DNA of 39,278 nucleotides from Bacteroidota bacterium (lineage in GTDB: Bacteria > Bacteroidota > Bacteroidia > NS11-12g > UBA9320): NCBI GenBank assembly GCA_024638525.1, contig JAHEKB010000001.1, forward strand, positions 1 to 39,278, given 5' to 3'. The notes below the pieces were generated by a model. That model had not been told where the DNA came from and did no database searches. It worked only from the letters and a program-made list of their open reading frames with translations. The translations under genes were made by a program, and so were the position numbers. The stretch's first letter is position 1. Every line of letters begins with the position of its first letter. Positions 1 through 9,427 of this stretch are shown piece after piece.

Positions 1-997
1 CTTTCTCTTTTCCATCGGGTTTTCTAACCGTTAATGTGACAACAGTTCCCTTTTTCCCCCTTATCAGTTTAACCGCCTCATCAATTTTCCAATCTATAAT
101 TTCAACTGCTTCTTCACCCTCCTGCTTCACCTTCAAAATCAAATCATTTTCTTTCAATTCTCCTTGAAGAGATGCAGGACCTCCAGGAACAATTCTGGTC
201 ACTTTTATGTAGCCGTCTTTTTCCTGTAATTGAGCACCTATTCCTTCTAACCTTCCGGACATTTGTATATCAAAATTCTCTTTGTCTTTTGGAGGGTAAT
301 AATTTGTATGTGGATCATAAACGGCTGTGAGACTATTCACATATACAGAAAGTCGTTCTTTTCTGTCGAGCCTGTTCAGCCTCTTATACCAATCTTTATG
401 GGTCTTTAAAACGCCATTGCGTGCACGTCTTTCTAAACTGTCAATACTCAGTGGAGTAAACCCGCTGTCCGCCTTTGTCTCTTGAGCTTTTATGTCTGAG
501 TGCAGTCGGGTGAGCACGTTGTATTTTAAGTATTTACGCCATCGATCTTTCAATTCTTCCTCTGTCTCAACATAGTTGGTCTCATCTCCAAATTCCACTT
601 CTTCTTCCAGATCGAAATCAAAAGGCTTAGAAAGAATTTCATTAAAGAAAGCCTCCGTCATTTCTAAACTCTTCACAACCAAATTAACCGATAGGTCAAA
701 GAACTCATATGAACCGTTGAGGGTTTCATCGTCGATTTCGTTCTGATATTTATTGAGCTGCGCAATGTCTTTACGAAGAAACAGCCTTTTATTGGGATCT
801 AAATTCTTGAGATATAGGGCATGAGCCTTTAGGGAAAAGTCATCGTCAATAACCACCGGATCGTAATGTTGATTGGCCAAGTTTTGAGTAATGGCTTGGA
901 TGAGGATGTCTTCACCTGAATCTTGAGCTTTGAGGTAAAAACCAAAGGCAACAAATAATAAAGGGGATATGATTAATAATAACTTTCTCAACTTCAT
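1..997 (-). CDS. Carboxy-terminal processing (tail-specific) protease, S41 family; N-terminal ~332 aa only, the 3' end runs off the window
   Basis: Absent from the ORF track because it is open to the window edge. My translation from ATG (complement of 995-997) gives a signal peptide MKLRKLLLIISPLLFVAFGFYLKAQ. Later it reads ...RLSVYVNSLTAVYDPHTNYYPPKDKENFDIQMSGRLEGIGAQLQEKDGYIKVTRIVPGGPASLQGELKENDLIL..., the N-terminal helical plus PDZ region typical of Ctp/Prc-type peptidases. Confidence 0.8.
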   Translation of the reverse strand, partial: MKLRKLLLIISPLLFVAFGFYLKAQDSGEDILIQAITQNLANQHYDPVVIDDDFSLKAHALYLKNLDPNKRLFLRKDIAQLNKYQNEIDDETLNGSYEFFDLSVNLVVKSLEMTEAFFNEILSKPFDFDLEEEVEFGDETNYVETEEELKDRWRKYLKYNVLTRLHSDIKAQETKADSGFTPLSIDSLERRARNGVLKTHKDWYKRLNRLDRKERLSVYVNSLTAVYDPHTNYYPPKDKENFDIQMSGRLEGIGAQLQEKDGYIKVTRIVPGGPASLQGELKENDLILKVKQEGEEAVEIIDWKIDEAVKLIRGKKGTVVTLTVRKPDGKEK

Positions 998-1012
998 GTA
1001 TATATAAAGCAT

Positions 1013-1019
1013 CAAAGTA
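1013..1019 (-). promoter_or_regulatory. Weak candidate -7 promoter box for the S41 protease gene
   Basis: The minus strand reads TTACTTTG, 15 nt upstream of the ATG at 997. It is one base short of the Bacteroidota TAnnTTTG consensus. Confidence 0.25.
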
Positions 1020-1029
1020 AGATAAATTG

Positions 1030-1054
1030 TGTGGTCCTATTAAAGAAGACCACA
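1030..1054 (-). terminator. Possible weak intrinsic terminator downstream of ndk
   Basis: The minus strand reads TGTGGTC-ttctttaatag-GACCACA, a 7-bp stem with an 11-nt loop. It is followed by a T-rich but interrupted CAATTTATCTT tract, 25 nt after the ndk stop codon. Confidence 0.3.
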
Positions 1055-1078
1055 AAATTTGGCAGAAAAACGACTAAA

Positions 1079-1498
1079 CTAGTATCTCTCGAATGATGAA
1101 AAGAAAAATGAGGCCTCAATAGCAGCATTTTCGTCACTGTCAGAACCGTGAATAGCGTTGGCTTCTATTGAAGTTGCATATTTCTTTCTGATGGTGCCTT
1201 CTGCAGCTTCTGCTGGATTTGTTGCTCCTATCAGTGTTCTAAAATCTGCAACTGCATTATCTTTTTCTAAAACAGCTGCAACAATGGGTCCCGAAGTCAT
1301 GTAGGCAACAAGGTCTGCGAAAAAGGGTCTCTCCTTGTGAACCGCGTAAAAAGCTTCTGCCTTTTCCTTGGTCAATCGGAGATACTTCATGGCTTTCAAG
1401 TTGAATCCTCCTTCTAGGATATCGTTGATTATTTTACCAGTGTGCTCTGCTGATACAGCATCTGGTTTGATCATTGTAAATGTTATACTTCCTGACAT
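1079..1498 (-). CDS. ndk: Nucleoside diphosphate kinase
   Basis: From the internal ATG at 1498 the translation is [15 protein letters not shown]...NAIHGSDS (139 aa), the canonical NDK length and motifs including the active-site His in NAIHGSD. The 30-codon upstream extension in the ORF track has no NDK counterpart and overlaps the divergent promoter region. Confidence 0.93.
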   Translation of the reverse strand: MSGSITFTMIKPDAVSAEHTGKIINDILEGGFNLKAMKYLRLTKEKAEAFYAVHKERPFFADLVAYMTSGPIVAAVLEKDNAVADFRTLIGATNPAEAAEGTIRKKYATSIEANAIHGSDSDENAAIEASFFFSSFERY

Positions 1499-1515
1499 AG
1501 CTGATTTAACGGCCG

Positions 1516-1523
1516 CAAAAATA
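1516..1523 (-). promoter_or_regulatory. Candidate -7 promoter box (TAnnTTTG) for ndk
   Basis: The minus strand reads TATTTTTG, followed by 17 nt and then the ndk ATG at 1498. Confidence 0.4.
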
Positions 1524-1549
1524 GAATTATCTCCATCTTTTGGCGAGTT

Positions 1550-2578
1550 TTGCCAAAAAAATACGAGCCGTTGAGAACCATAAAACATACATTAGGAGAC
1601 ATTGCTGAACATTCGGGAAAGATAGTCATCACCACCCACCACAAACCAGATGGAGACGCAATGGGTTCAAGTCTTGCCCTTTATAACTATTTTAAAGCGG
1701 CAGGAATAGAAACATTGGTAATCACACCGACGGATTATGCAGACTTTTTATGGTGGCTTCCCGCCAACGATAGTGTCATGGTTTACGAAGGAAATGAGGA
1801 AGAGGCCAATGCAATCATTGCAAAAGCTAGCCTTATTTATTGCCTGGATTTCAATGCACTCTCCAGAATCAATACAATGGGCGAACATGTCAGTAAATCC
1901 AACGCACACATTGTTCTTATAGATCACCACAGAGATCCCGAAGATTTTGCGGATGAACAGTGGACCGAAGTTACCGCCAGCTCCACCTGCGAGTTGGTTT
2001 ACCAGTACATTGTGGAGCATTTGGATGAATCACATATTACCGCAGATGCAGCACAATGCATTTATACAGGAATCATAACAGACACAGGCTCATTTCGCTA
2101 TGACAGCACCAGCAGCAACACCATACGAACCGCTGCGGCCTTGATTGACCACGGAGCCAAGCCGTCGGTCATTTATGATAAGATATTTGACCAGAATCGT
2201 TTGGAGCGACTCAAGCTATTGGGGTACTTCTTGAATAATAAAATTGAACTGTTGGCTGATGGGAAAGTGGCACTTGCAACCTTGAATAGAGAAGAACTAA
2301 GTAGATATGAGGTTAAAACAGGAGATACAGAAGGATTTGTCAATTACGGTTTGAGTATTGCGGGGGTAAAAATGAGTGCTCTAATCATCGATCGAACAGT
2401 TCTGGTAAAAATGTCATTTAGAAGCAAAGGAGAGTTTCCTTGCAATGAATTTGCAGCAGAATTCTTTAAAGGTGGTGGCCATAGAAATGCCGCCGGGGGC
2501 AGCAGCACTTCAAGCTTGGAAGAAACTGTCGAGACCTTTAGAGAAAGCTTGGAATCATATAAGGATTATTTAGCATGA
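1550..2578 (+). CDS. nrnA: DHH/DHHA1 phosphoesterase, NrnA-type bifunctional oligoribonuclease / pAp phosphatase
   Basis: Motifs seen: [19 protein letters not shown] (DHH), and [10 protein letters not shown] (DHHA1). There is no in-frame ATG before the DGD motif, so the start must be TTG at 1550 or TTG at 1571. Confidence 0.8.
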   Translation: MPKKYEPLRTIKHTLGDIAEHSGKIVITTHHKPDGDAMGSSLALYNYFKAAGIETLVITPTDYADFLWWLPANDSVMVYEGNEEEANAIIAKASLIYCLDFNALSRINTMGEHVSKSNAHIVLIDHHRDPEDFADEQWTEVTASSTCELVYQYIVEHLDESHITADAAQCIYTGIITDTGSFRYDSTSSNTIRTAAALIDHGAKPSVIYDKIFDQNRLERLKLLGYFLNNKIELLADGKVALATLNREELSRYEVKTGDTEGFVNYGLSIAGVKMSALIIDRTVLVKMSFRSKGEFPCNEFAAEFFKGGGHRNAAGGSSTSSLEETVETFRESLESYKDYLA

Positions 2579-3378
2579 GAAAGGCATTGATACTTGTCAT
2601 TATAGCTCTTGCCGCTTGTTCTGAGCAAGATTGGGAATCATTTGGCGGAATTCAGTATAAGGGGGCGGATCTACAGTGCGACCATGCCGAGAAGTCCTTT
2701 TTTCTACTAGATATTCATCTGCGAGATGATAAAGATTCCATTCTGATAAATACCATCAAATTGGGGAGGAAGCTGGAACTTGAAGCGGTGAACATGGATA
2801 GTTCGAACAGTCTTGTTAAATTAGTCAATGCCATGTGCGTTGGTGATTCGCTTGATGTTATATTACCCTTGGATAGTTTCTATCTAGCATTTGGTGGTCA
2901 AAGGCCAAAGGATCTTGCCGCAGGTTCTTCAACATTGAGGATTTATCTTGTGGATGCCCTGAGTAAAATTAAATATGATGCCCTTAAAAGAGTGTTTGAA
3001 AAACAATCAATGGAGCGCTATGTTGAGAAATTCAGATGGTCTTCTAGCTATGATTCAAGCACCGGGATTTACTATGAAAGCATGAAGAGCAGTAGATCCA
3101 TGCATCAGAATTATAAAAGGGCAAAAATTGCCTATGTAATCAAAGGGCTAAATGAGGAGCTTTTAGAATATAGCAAAGAGGATGAGCCCTTGGTCTATGA
3201 AAGCAGTGATCAAGGCCTGATAAAAGGAATTCACTTTATAGCTTCAAAACTGGAGCTAGGAGAAAGGATAAGAGCTATTGTTCCATCATCCATGGCCTAT
3301 GGCCCTAAAGGCAGGGACAGGGTGCCGGCTTATTATCCCTTGATTATTGAAATGGAGCTCTTAGAAATACTTGAATAG
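2575..3378 (+). CDS. Lipoprotein with two FKBP-type peptidyl-prolyl isomerase-like domains (possibly GldI-like)
   Basis: It has a lipobox signal [15 protein letters not shown]. The C-terminal half ends ...GERIRAIVPSSMAYGPKGRDRVPAYYPLIIEMELLEI, the typical FKBP C-terminal strand pattern. The N-terminal half shows a weaker version of the same pattern. An ATGA overlap with the nrnA stop suggests co-translation. Confidence 0.6.
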   Translation: MRKALILVIIALAACSEQDWESFGGIQYKGADLQCDHAEKSFFLLDIHLRDDKDSILINTIKLGRKLELEAVNMDSSNSLVKLVNAMCVGDSLDVILPLDSFYLAFGGQRPKDLAAGSSTLRIYLVDALSKIKYDALKRVFEKQSMERYVEKFRWSSSYDSSTGIYYESMKSSRSMHQNYKRAKIAYVIKGLNEELLEYSKEDEPLVYESSDQGLIKGIHFIASKLELGERIRAIVPSSMAYGPKGRDRVPAYYPLIIEMELLEILE

Positions 3379-4210
3379 ATTAAATAACATATTAATGATG
3401 ACGGCTTTAGTTGCAATGCTAAGCTCTTGCTTGCAATTCAGAGTGGCGGAGAAGAAGCAGGAAAGGCAATTTCACAATTTGGGGATTGAGGTTGAACTGG
3501 GCTCATTAATGGGCTTGGACCGTGAGATTCATTATACTTTGAGCGGCAGAGATAGCTCAAAACCGATGGCTGTATTTGTACACGGATCACCAGGATCATC
3601 CTCAAACTTTTTGTCTTTTGCCAAAGACAGCAGTTTACTTGAAAAGTATCAAGTACTACTGATAGATCGCCCTGGTTTTGGTTATTCAGGTTTTGGAAAT
3701 TCAGAGCCAAGTCTTCAGCGCCAGGCGTTAATAATCAACGACTTTCTAAAAAATTTTCATGCGAACAAGATTGTTTTAATTGGACATTCCCTAGGCGGAC
3801 CAATCATTTGTAGAATGGCTATGGACACTAGTGCAGTATACCACGGCTTGCTAATAGTTGCAGGTTCAATTGATCCCGACCTGGAGCCGAAGGAACCCTG
3901 GCGCAAACCTTTGAACTACAAGATTTTTAGGTGGATTCTCCCTCGATCATTTCGGGTTTCAAACCAAGAGATACTGCCTGCGAAGAAAGAACTGCAAGAA
4001 ATGGAAGGCCTCTGGCCATTGATTGAAATACCTAGCTGTGTGATACAGGGGGGCAAGGATAAGCTAGTGCCTCCAGCTAATGCTGACTATGCAGAAGAAA
4101 TGCTAATCAATGTTGAAAAACTGAAAATTGTCAGACTACCAGAAGCCAATCATTTCATTCCCTTTAGCCAACCGGAGCTAATGGTTGCAGAACTGCTAGA
4201 GTTCTTTTAG
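3371..4210 (+). CDS. Alpha/beta-fold hydrolase with a lipoprotein-like signal
   Basis: It carries HGSPGSS (oxyanion region), the GHSLGG nucleophile elbow, and a C-terminal ...ANHFIPF catalytic-His context. The N-terminus ...MMTALVAMLSSC is a lipobox. The start is TTG at 3371 (8-nt overlap with the previous gene) or ATG at 3395. Confidence 0.75.
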   Translation: MNRLNNILMMTALVAMLSSCLQFRVAEKKQERQFHNLGIEVELGSLMGLDREIHYTLSGRDSSKPMAVFVHGSPGSSSNFLSFAKDSSLLEKYQVLLIDRPGFGYSGFGNSEPSLQRQALIINDFLKNFHANKIVLIGHSLGGPIICRMAMDTSAVYHGLLIVAGSIDPDLEPKEPWRKPLNYKIFRWILPRSFRVSNQEILPAKKELQEMEGLWPLIEIPSCVIQGGKDKLVPPANADYAEEMLINVEKLKIVRLPEANHFIPFSQPELMVAELLEFF

Positions 4211-4231
4211 GCAGAAAAGGAAAAACAGAGT

Positions 4232-5143
4232 TTAAACTCCAATCTTGTCTTTCTTCTTTTGTTTGGATAAGCCAATATTGACCTCGATGTATTCAATGAT
4301 CTTACCGGCAATGTCAACACCGGTTGCGTTTTCTATACCTTCCAAACCTGGGGAAGAGTTCACCTCTATTACCAATGGACCCCTATCCGATCTCAGCATG
4401 TCGACTCCTGCAATTTTTAGGTTGAGGGAGTTTGCAGCTTTTACGGCTACAGATCTCTCTTTTCGAGTCAATTTAACGGCTTGAGCTGAACCTCCTTTGT
4501 GAAGATTTGATCTAAATTCACCTTCCACACCTGTCCGTTTCATCGCACCAACAACCTTGCCATCTACCACCAACGCCCGAATGTCTTCTGCTTTGGCTTC
4601 CTTTATAAATTCTTGGATAATAATATTGGCTTCTAGACCGTAGAAAGCCTCAATAACTGAAGTAGCGGCTTTGATCGTTTCTGCCAAGACCACACCTTTT
4701 CCTTGAGTGCTTTCCAAAAGCTTAATTACCAAAGGTGTTCCTCCAACTTCTTTGATTAAATTCTTAATGTCTCCGGGATGTCTCGCAAAAGCTGTTCTGG
4801 GGATACCCACATTGGATTTTGCTAGAATCTGTAAGCTTCTCAGTTTATCCCGAGATCTGACCAAGGCTAATGAACTCAAAGTAGTAAAGACACTGTTCAT
4901 TTCAAATTGCCTAATTATGGAACTGCCGTAAAATGTCACAGAGGCTCCAATTCTCGGGATAATAGCATCGAATGAGTCAATTTTATGGTCACCGATAAAA
5001 ATATCTGGATGATCTTTTTGAATGGTCATATAGGCTTTGGTGTGATTGAGTACCTGCACCTCATGACCGCGTTCACGGCTGGCCTGAACCAAGCGTTGTG
5101 TGCTGTATAATTTTTTGTTAGCTGAAAGGACTGCGATTTTCAT
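4232..5143 (-). CDS. rimK: ATP-grasp alpha-L-glutamate ligase, RimK family (ribosomal protein S6 modification)
   Basis: The translation is full-length and RimK-like: MKIAVLS...LYSTQRL...RGHEV...[11 protein letters not shown]...[17 protein letters not shown]...[12 protein letters not shown]. Confidence 0.9.
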   Translation of the reverse strand: MKIAVLSANKKLYSTQRLVQASRERGHEVQVLNHTKAYMTIQKDHPDIFIGDHKIDSFDAIIPRIGASVTFYGSSIIRQFEMNSVFTTLSSLALVRSRDKLRSLQILAKSNVGIPRTAFARHPGDIKNLIKEVGGTPLVIKLLESTQGKGVVLAETIKAATSVIEAFYGLEANIIIQEFIKEAKAEDIRALVVDGKVVGAMKRTGVEGEFRSNLHKGGSAQAVKLTRKERSVAVKAANSLNLKIAGVDMLRSDRGPLVIEVNSSPGLEGIENATGVDIAGKIIEYIEVNIGLSKQKKKDKIGV

Positions 5144-5586
5144 CTTCTCTCTGATGTATTTCTTTTTGACACATCTACTATAAACTTATTTGCAAGAAAT
5201 TTACGACCCAATAAGGCGGGGTATTTCATGTTCCTGCGGTTACTCAAGTTGAAAGCTGCTGTATAGGTCTTATTGGAGATCTTAAAGCTGAGATTCACTT
5301 GATACCTATACTCAAAGTCTCCAAAAGAACTCTTGACCTTCATTTCTTTAAATTCCTTGAGCTTTAACTCTTGGCCTGAATAAAGCGGATGCTTTTTGTC
5401 CAAGAGTTTAAAAACTAAATATTCTTCACCGTCTACTTCCCTTATTCGAGCTCTTTCACAATGAATTGCACAGCTGTCTGCGCCCGTATCCACTTTACAG
5501 GGTATATTACTTATTCCCGCATCGGGAATGGAAATAAAATCCGTTAAGCCAATGGTTTTTCTATGTGGCTTTTTCGTTCCACTCAT
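5140..5586 (-). CDS. RimK-associated retropepsin-like protease (COG4067 / 'ATP-dependent zinc protease' family, RimB-like)
   Basis: It has the [15 protein letters not shown] aspartic-protease DTG motif and ...[10 protein letters not shown]... near the C-terminus. Its stop overlaps the rimK start by ATGA, the usual pairing for this family. Confidence 0.75.
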   Translation of the reverse strand: MSGTKKPHRKTIGLTDFISIPDAGISNIPCKVDTGADSCAIHCERARIREVDGEEYLVFKLLDKKHPLYSGQELKLKEFKEMKVKSSFGDFEYRYQVNLSFKISNKTYTAAFNLSNRRNMKYPALLGRKFLANKFIVDVSKRNTSERR

Positions 5587-5610
5587 GATTGCAAATTAAA
5601 GGTTTAGCGC

Positions 5611-6615
5611 TTACCAAACCATTAAAGCACTCGCCCAAGTGAAACCACTACCAAATGCAGCAAGACAAACCAAATCACCATCCTTTATTTTTCCCTCGGC
5701 TATTGCTTCTGCGATAGCTATCGGAATGGAGGCAGCAGTGGTATTGCCGTACTTCTGAATATTATTGAAAACCTGATCATCGTTCAGCTTCATGCTTCTC
5801 TGCACAAACTGAGATATTCTTAAGTTAGCTTGATGAGGAACGAGAAGGTCAATGTCCGAAGGCTGTTTGTTGTTGGCCTGCAGCGCCTCCATGATTACTT
5901 GCGGAAAGCGAGTCACAGCGTGCTTAAAGACAAAATTCCCATTCATGTAGGGGTAATAACTAGTATCCAGCGGGTCATTCTCAGACATGATTCTATCTAC
6001 CCATCTAGAAGTACTGGGACCAATTAAGGTCAACTCTTCTGCGTGTTTGCCTTCTGAGTGCAGGTGAGTGCTGAGTATGCCTCTATCCGGGTCGTCACTT
6101 GCAGAAACGACAGCGGCACCTGCCCCGTCTCCAAATATGACCGAAACACTTCTACCCCTTGTGGTCTTTTCTAAGCCACCACTGTGGTATTCTGAACCGA
6201 TTAGTAGAATGTTCTTATACATTCCAGTTTTGATGTATTGATCTGCTACACTCAAGCCATAAACAAAACCAGAACATTGATTTCTGACATCTAATGCGCC
6301 AATTGTATCAAGACCTAATTGCTCTTGCACAGAAACTCCAGGGCCCGGGAAATAGTAATCTGGGCTTAGGGTCGCAAAAATGATAAAATCAATATCAGAC
6401 TTATCAATTCCGGCGTCTTTGATGGCTCTTTCCGCAGCTTTGACTCCCATGGAAGTGGTGTTCTCTTGAGGATCATCAATCCAGCGTCTTTCTTTAATGC
6501 CTGTGCGCTCCTGGATCCATTCATCACTGGTTTCCATAAAACCAGTTAAATCTGCATTCCTGACCACATTGTCAGGGACATAAAACCCCATACCGGAAAT
6601 GATCGCCTTATTCAT
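5611..6615 (-). CDS. fabH: 3-oxoacyl-ACP synthase III
   Basis: Motifs seen: NQCSGF (active-site Cys), HQANLRI, GNTTAASIP, and the C-terminal FGSGFTWAS. Confidence 0.9.
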   Translation of the reverse strand: MNKAIISGMGFYVPDNVVRNADLTGFMETSDEWIQERTGIKERRWIDDPQENTTSMGVKAAERAIKDAGIDKSDIDFIIFATLSPDYYFPGPGVSVQEQLGLDTIGALDVRNQCSGFVYGLSVADQYIKTGMYKNILLIGSEYHSGGLEKTTRGRSVSVIFGDGAGAAVVSASDDPDRGILSTHLHSEGKHAEELTLIGPSTSRWVDRIMSENDPLDTSYYPYMNGNFVFKHAVTRFPQVIMEALQANNKQPSDIDLLVPHQANLRISQFVQRSMKLNDDQVFNNIQKYGNTTAASIPIAIAEAIAEGKIKDGDLVCLAAFGSGFTWASALMVW

Positions 6616-6655
6616 GCGTGCAAGGTAGTAAGAAAAAACTTTGAAGATGTCTGGC

Positions 6656-9379
6656 TTATTTCAACTTTCTCTTAATCTCCACTTCTTGGAAACCTTCGAT
6701 CAAGTCGCCCTCTTGAATGTCGTTGTAATTCTTAATTTGAATACCACATTCATAGCCTTTGTTCACTTCTTTAACGTCGTCTTTAAAACGCTTGAGTGAT
6801 GCAAGGTCGCCGGTATAGATTACCACGCCTTCTCTGATAAGTCTGACCTTGTTGTCGCGGAACATCTTACCCTCGGTAATCATACAACCTGCAATGGTTC
6901 CCACCTTTGAAATCTTAAAGGTCTCACGAATTTCAGCCGTACCTGTGATTTGTTCTTCCACATCTGGATCGAGCAGACCCTCCATAGCGGATTTGATTTC
7001 CTCAATGGCTTTGTAGATTACGGAATAAAGTCTGATCTCAATTTCTTCGTTCTCAGCCAGTTTTCGGGCACTAGGCATAGGTCTAACCTGGAATCCAATG
7101 ATCACTGCATCAGATGCAGTGGCAAGCATAACGTCAGTATCAGAAATTGGGCCAACAGATTTGTGAATCACGTTAACCTGAATTTCTTCAGTAGAGAGTT
7201 TAATCAAGGAATCGCTAAGTGCTTCGGCAGATCCATCAACATCAGCTTTGATAATTACATTGAGTTCTTTGAAGTTTCCAACTGCCAACCTTCTTCCTAT
7301 CTCTTCCAAGGTCACGTGCTTGGTTGCACGAATTCCCTGTTCTCTTTGGAGCTGTTCCCTCTTTTGGGCAATTTCTTTGGCCTTTGATTCGTCCATCACC
7401 TGGAAGGTGTCCCCTGCAGCGGGTGTACCTGAAAATCCAAGAACTGAAACAGGGGTCGCAGGCCCAGCCTCTTCTACATTGCTTCCTCGTTCATTGAACA
7501 TTGCTTTTATTCTGGCAAAGTGCTGTCCAGCTATCAAAGCATCGCCAATTTTGAGGGTGCCTTCTTGAACTAAGAGCGATGCAACTACGCCTCGACCTTT
7601 CTCCAATTTGGCCTCTAGAACAGCGCCTTTGGCTGCTTTATTAGGGTTTGCCTTGAGTTCTAACAACTCCGCTTCTAAGAGGACTTTGTCTAAAAGCTCG
7701 GATATATTGGTTCCATTCTTTGCTGAGATCTCTTGACTTTGGTATTTACCACCCCATTCTTCCACAAGAATATTCATCTGAGAAAGTTGCTCCCTTACTC
7801 TATCAGCATTGGCTCCATCCTTATCCATTTTGTTGAATGCAAAAATGAGGGGGACTTCTGCCGCTTGAGCGTGGCTGATGGCTTCTTTGGTTTGAGGCAT
7901 GACTGCATCATCTGCAGCGATAACAATAATGGCTATATCGGTTACCTTGGCACCACGAGCCCTCATTGCTGTAAATGCTTCGTGACCCGGTGTATCGATA
8001 AAGGTGATCTTATTGCCACTTTTAAGTTCTACTTCGTAAGCAGCAGTATGCTGTGTAATTCCACCAGCTTCACCGGCAATAACATTTGCACTTCTGATGT
8101 AATCAAGCAATGATGTTTTACCATGGTCTACGTGACCCATTACCGTGACGATTGGATGTCTTCCAACCAAATCTTCGGGATTATCCTCTGTTTCGTCTAC
8201 CTCAATGGTCTCTTTGGCGTCAACAAAGTCAATGGAGTATCCAAACTCCTCTGCAACGATTTGCAAGGTTTCTGCATCCAGTCTCTGGTTGATGGAGACC
8301 ATAATACCCAAAGAGAAACAAGCGCTAATAATCTCATTGACATTCACGCTCATCATATTTGCCAATTCGTTTGCAGTTACAAACTCTGTGACCTGCAATA
8401 CCTTGCTTTTGAGTTCGTCCTCTATCTGTTGCTCTTCTCGGGTAATACGGTGATCTTCCCTCTTCTGCTTTCTCGCTTTTCTTCGAGTTCCACCACCATG
8501 TACATTTTTCTTTTGAGAAGACATCCGTGCAAGCGTCTGTTTTATCTTGTCTTGGATTTCTTTTTCAGAAACTTCAGATTTTTCGTCTTCTTTTTTCTTG
8601 ACGTTTTTGCGGTGCTCTTGTCTGAGCTTTTCAGGAGTCATTTTCTCTCCGCGAATACGCTTGCGTCGTTTTCTGGGAGAATCATCATCTTTAGACTTTT
8701 CTTTCTTGACAACCTTGGGCAACTCTATATTACCTAGAACCTTAGTTCCCTGTAGCTTTTTATATTGAGTTTCAATTTGCTCATCAACCTCTTCTTCCTG
8801 ACTTTCTTCCTCTGTAGCTTCTTCCTTTTCCTCCTCTTTCTTCTCTTCCTTTTCCTCCTCTTTAGCCTCTACTTCTTCAGCTTTGGCTTCTGCTTCTACT
8901 TCAGGTTCCTCTTCTTTCGCTTCCTCTTTCTTTTTTGTCGATAATTCTATAGTGCCGAGAACCTTTGGGCCGCTGATTTTTTCAGTCTTGATTTCCTCCT
9001 TAGGTTCTTCTTTCTTTTCTACCTTTGGCTCTTCCTTTTTGGGTTCATGCTCAACAACTTTAGAAGTGACATTGGTGTCCTTGATCAAGATCACCTCATC
9101 TTCGTGTTTTTTAGAGGGTGATTTTTTCACCTCTTTTATACCCGTTGTCTTCGCATCCTTTCTAATATTGATCTCAAGGTTTTGCGATTCTTCCTTAGCT
9201 ATCTTGTCCTTTTGATAGAAGCTCAGAAGATCATTATACATCTCCTGGTCGATCTTGGCAGTAATCTTCGCCTCGACCTCAAATCCTTTGGATTGAAGAT
9301 GCTCAACGATAGTTTTCCAACTTACGTTGAATTCGGTCGCTACCTTGTTGATTCTATATGTTTTACCCTTTACTGGCAT
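6656..9379 (-). CDS. infB: Translation initiation factor IF-2
   Basis: It starts with an IF2_N-like N-terminus ([12 protein letters not shown]...) followed by a long K/E-rich linker. The GTPase motifs [20 protein letters not shown] and NKMDK are present, then the conserved C-terminal domains. Confidence 0.97.
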   Translation of the reverse strand: MPVKGKTYRINKVATEFNVSWKTIVEHLQSKGFEVEAKITAKIDQEMYNDLLSFYQKDKIAKEESQNLEINIRKDAKTTGIKEVKKSPSKKHEDEVILIKDTNVTSKVVEHEPKKEEPKVEKKEEPKEEIKTEKISGPKVLGTIELSTKKKEEAKEEEPEVEAEAKAEEVEAKEEEKEEKKEEEKEEATEEESQEEEVDEQIETQYKKLQGTKVLGNIELPKVVKKEKSKDDDSPRKRRKRIRGEKMTPEKLRQEHRKNVKKKEDEKSEVSEKEIQDKIKQTLARMSSQKKNVHGGGTRRKARKQKREDHRITREEQQIEDELKSKVLQVTEFVTANELANMMSVNVNEIISACFSLGIMVSINQRLDAETLQIVAEEFGYSIDFVDAKETIEVDETEDNPEDLVGRHPIVTVMGHVDHGKTSLLDYIRSANVIAGEAGGITQHTAAYEVELKSGNKITFIDTPGHEAFTAMRARGAKVTDIAIIVIAADDAVMPQTKEAISHAQAAEVPLIFAFNKMDKDGANADRVREQLSQMNILVEEWGGKYQSQEISAKNGTNISELLDKVLLEAELLELKANPNKAAKGAVLEAKLEKGRGVVASLLVQEGTLKIGDALIAGQHFARIKAMFNERGSNVEEAGPATPVSVLGFSGTPAAGDTFQVMDESKAKEIAQKREQLQREQGIRATKHVTLEEIGRRLAVGNFKELNVIIKADVDGSAEALSDSLIKLSTEEIQVNVIHKSVGPISDTDVMLATASDAVIIGFQVRPMPSARKLAENEEIEIRLYSVIYKAIEEIKSAMEGLLDPDVEEQITGTAEIRETFKISKVGTIAGCMITEGKMFRDNKVRLIREGVVIYTGDLASLKRFKDDVKEVNKGYECGIQIKNYNDIQEGDLIEGFQEVEIKRKLK
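8821..8863. repeat. In-frame 24-nt-period tandem duplication inside the IF-2 acidic linker
   Basis: CTTCCTTTTCCTCCTCTTT occurs at 8821-8839 and again at 8845-8863, identical over 19 nt and separated by CTTCT. On the minus strand it encodes KEEEKEEK-type units. Confidence 0.85.
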
Positions 9380-9427
9380 TAATGCGAAATAGGCCTCGAA
9401 AATAACATTTTATAAGTTAAGGCTTGC

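Noticed and set aside
1499-1588. A 30-codon 5' extension of ndk, and the antisense ORF 1368-1574.
   Set aside because: NDK homology begins at [13 protein letters not shown] (ATG 1498). The extension would run through the ndk -7 box and the nrnA start. The antisense ORF is a shadow.
6950-9382. A series of plus-strand ORFs of 66-204 aa (6950-7387, 7248-7568, 7733-8113, 8123-8737, 8145-8453, 8547-8768, 8883-9215, 9182-9382).
   Set aside because: All lie antisense within infB, whose identity is unambiguous. Their products are low-complexity S/F/L-rich shadows of the K/E-rich and GTPase coding sequence.
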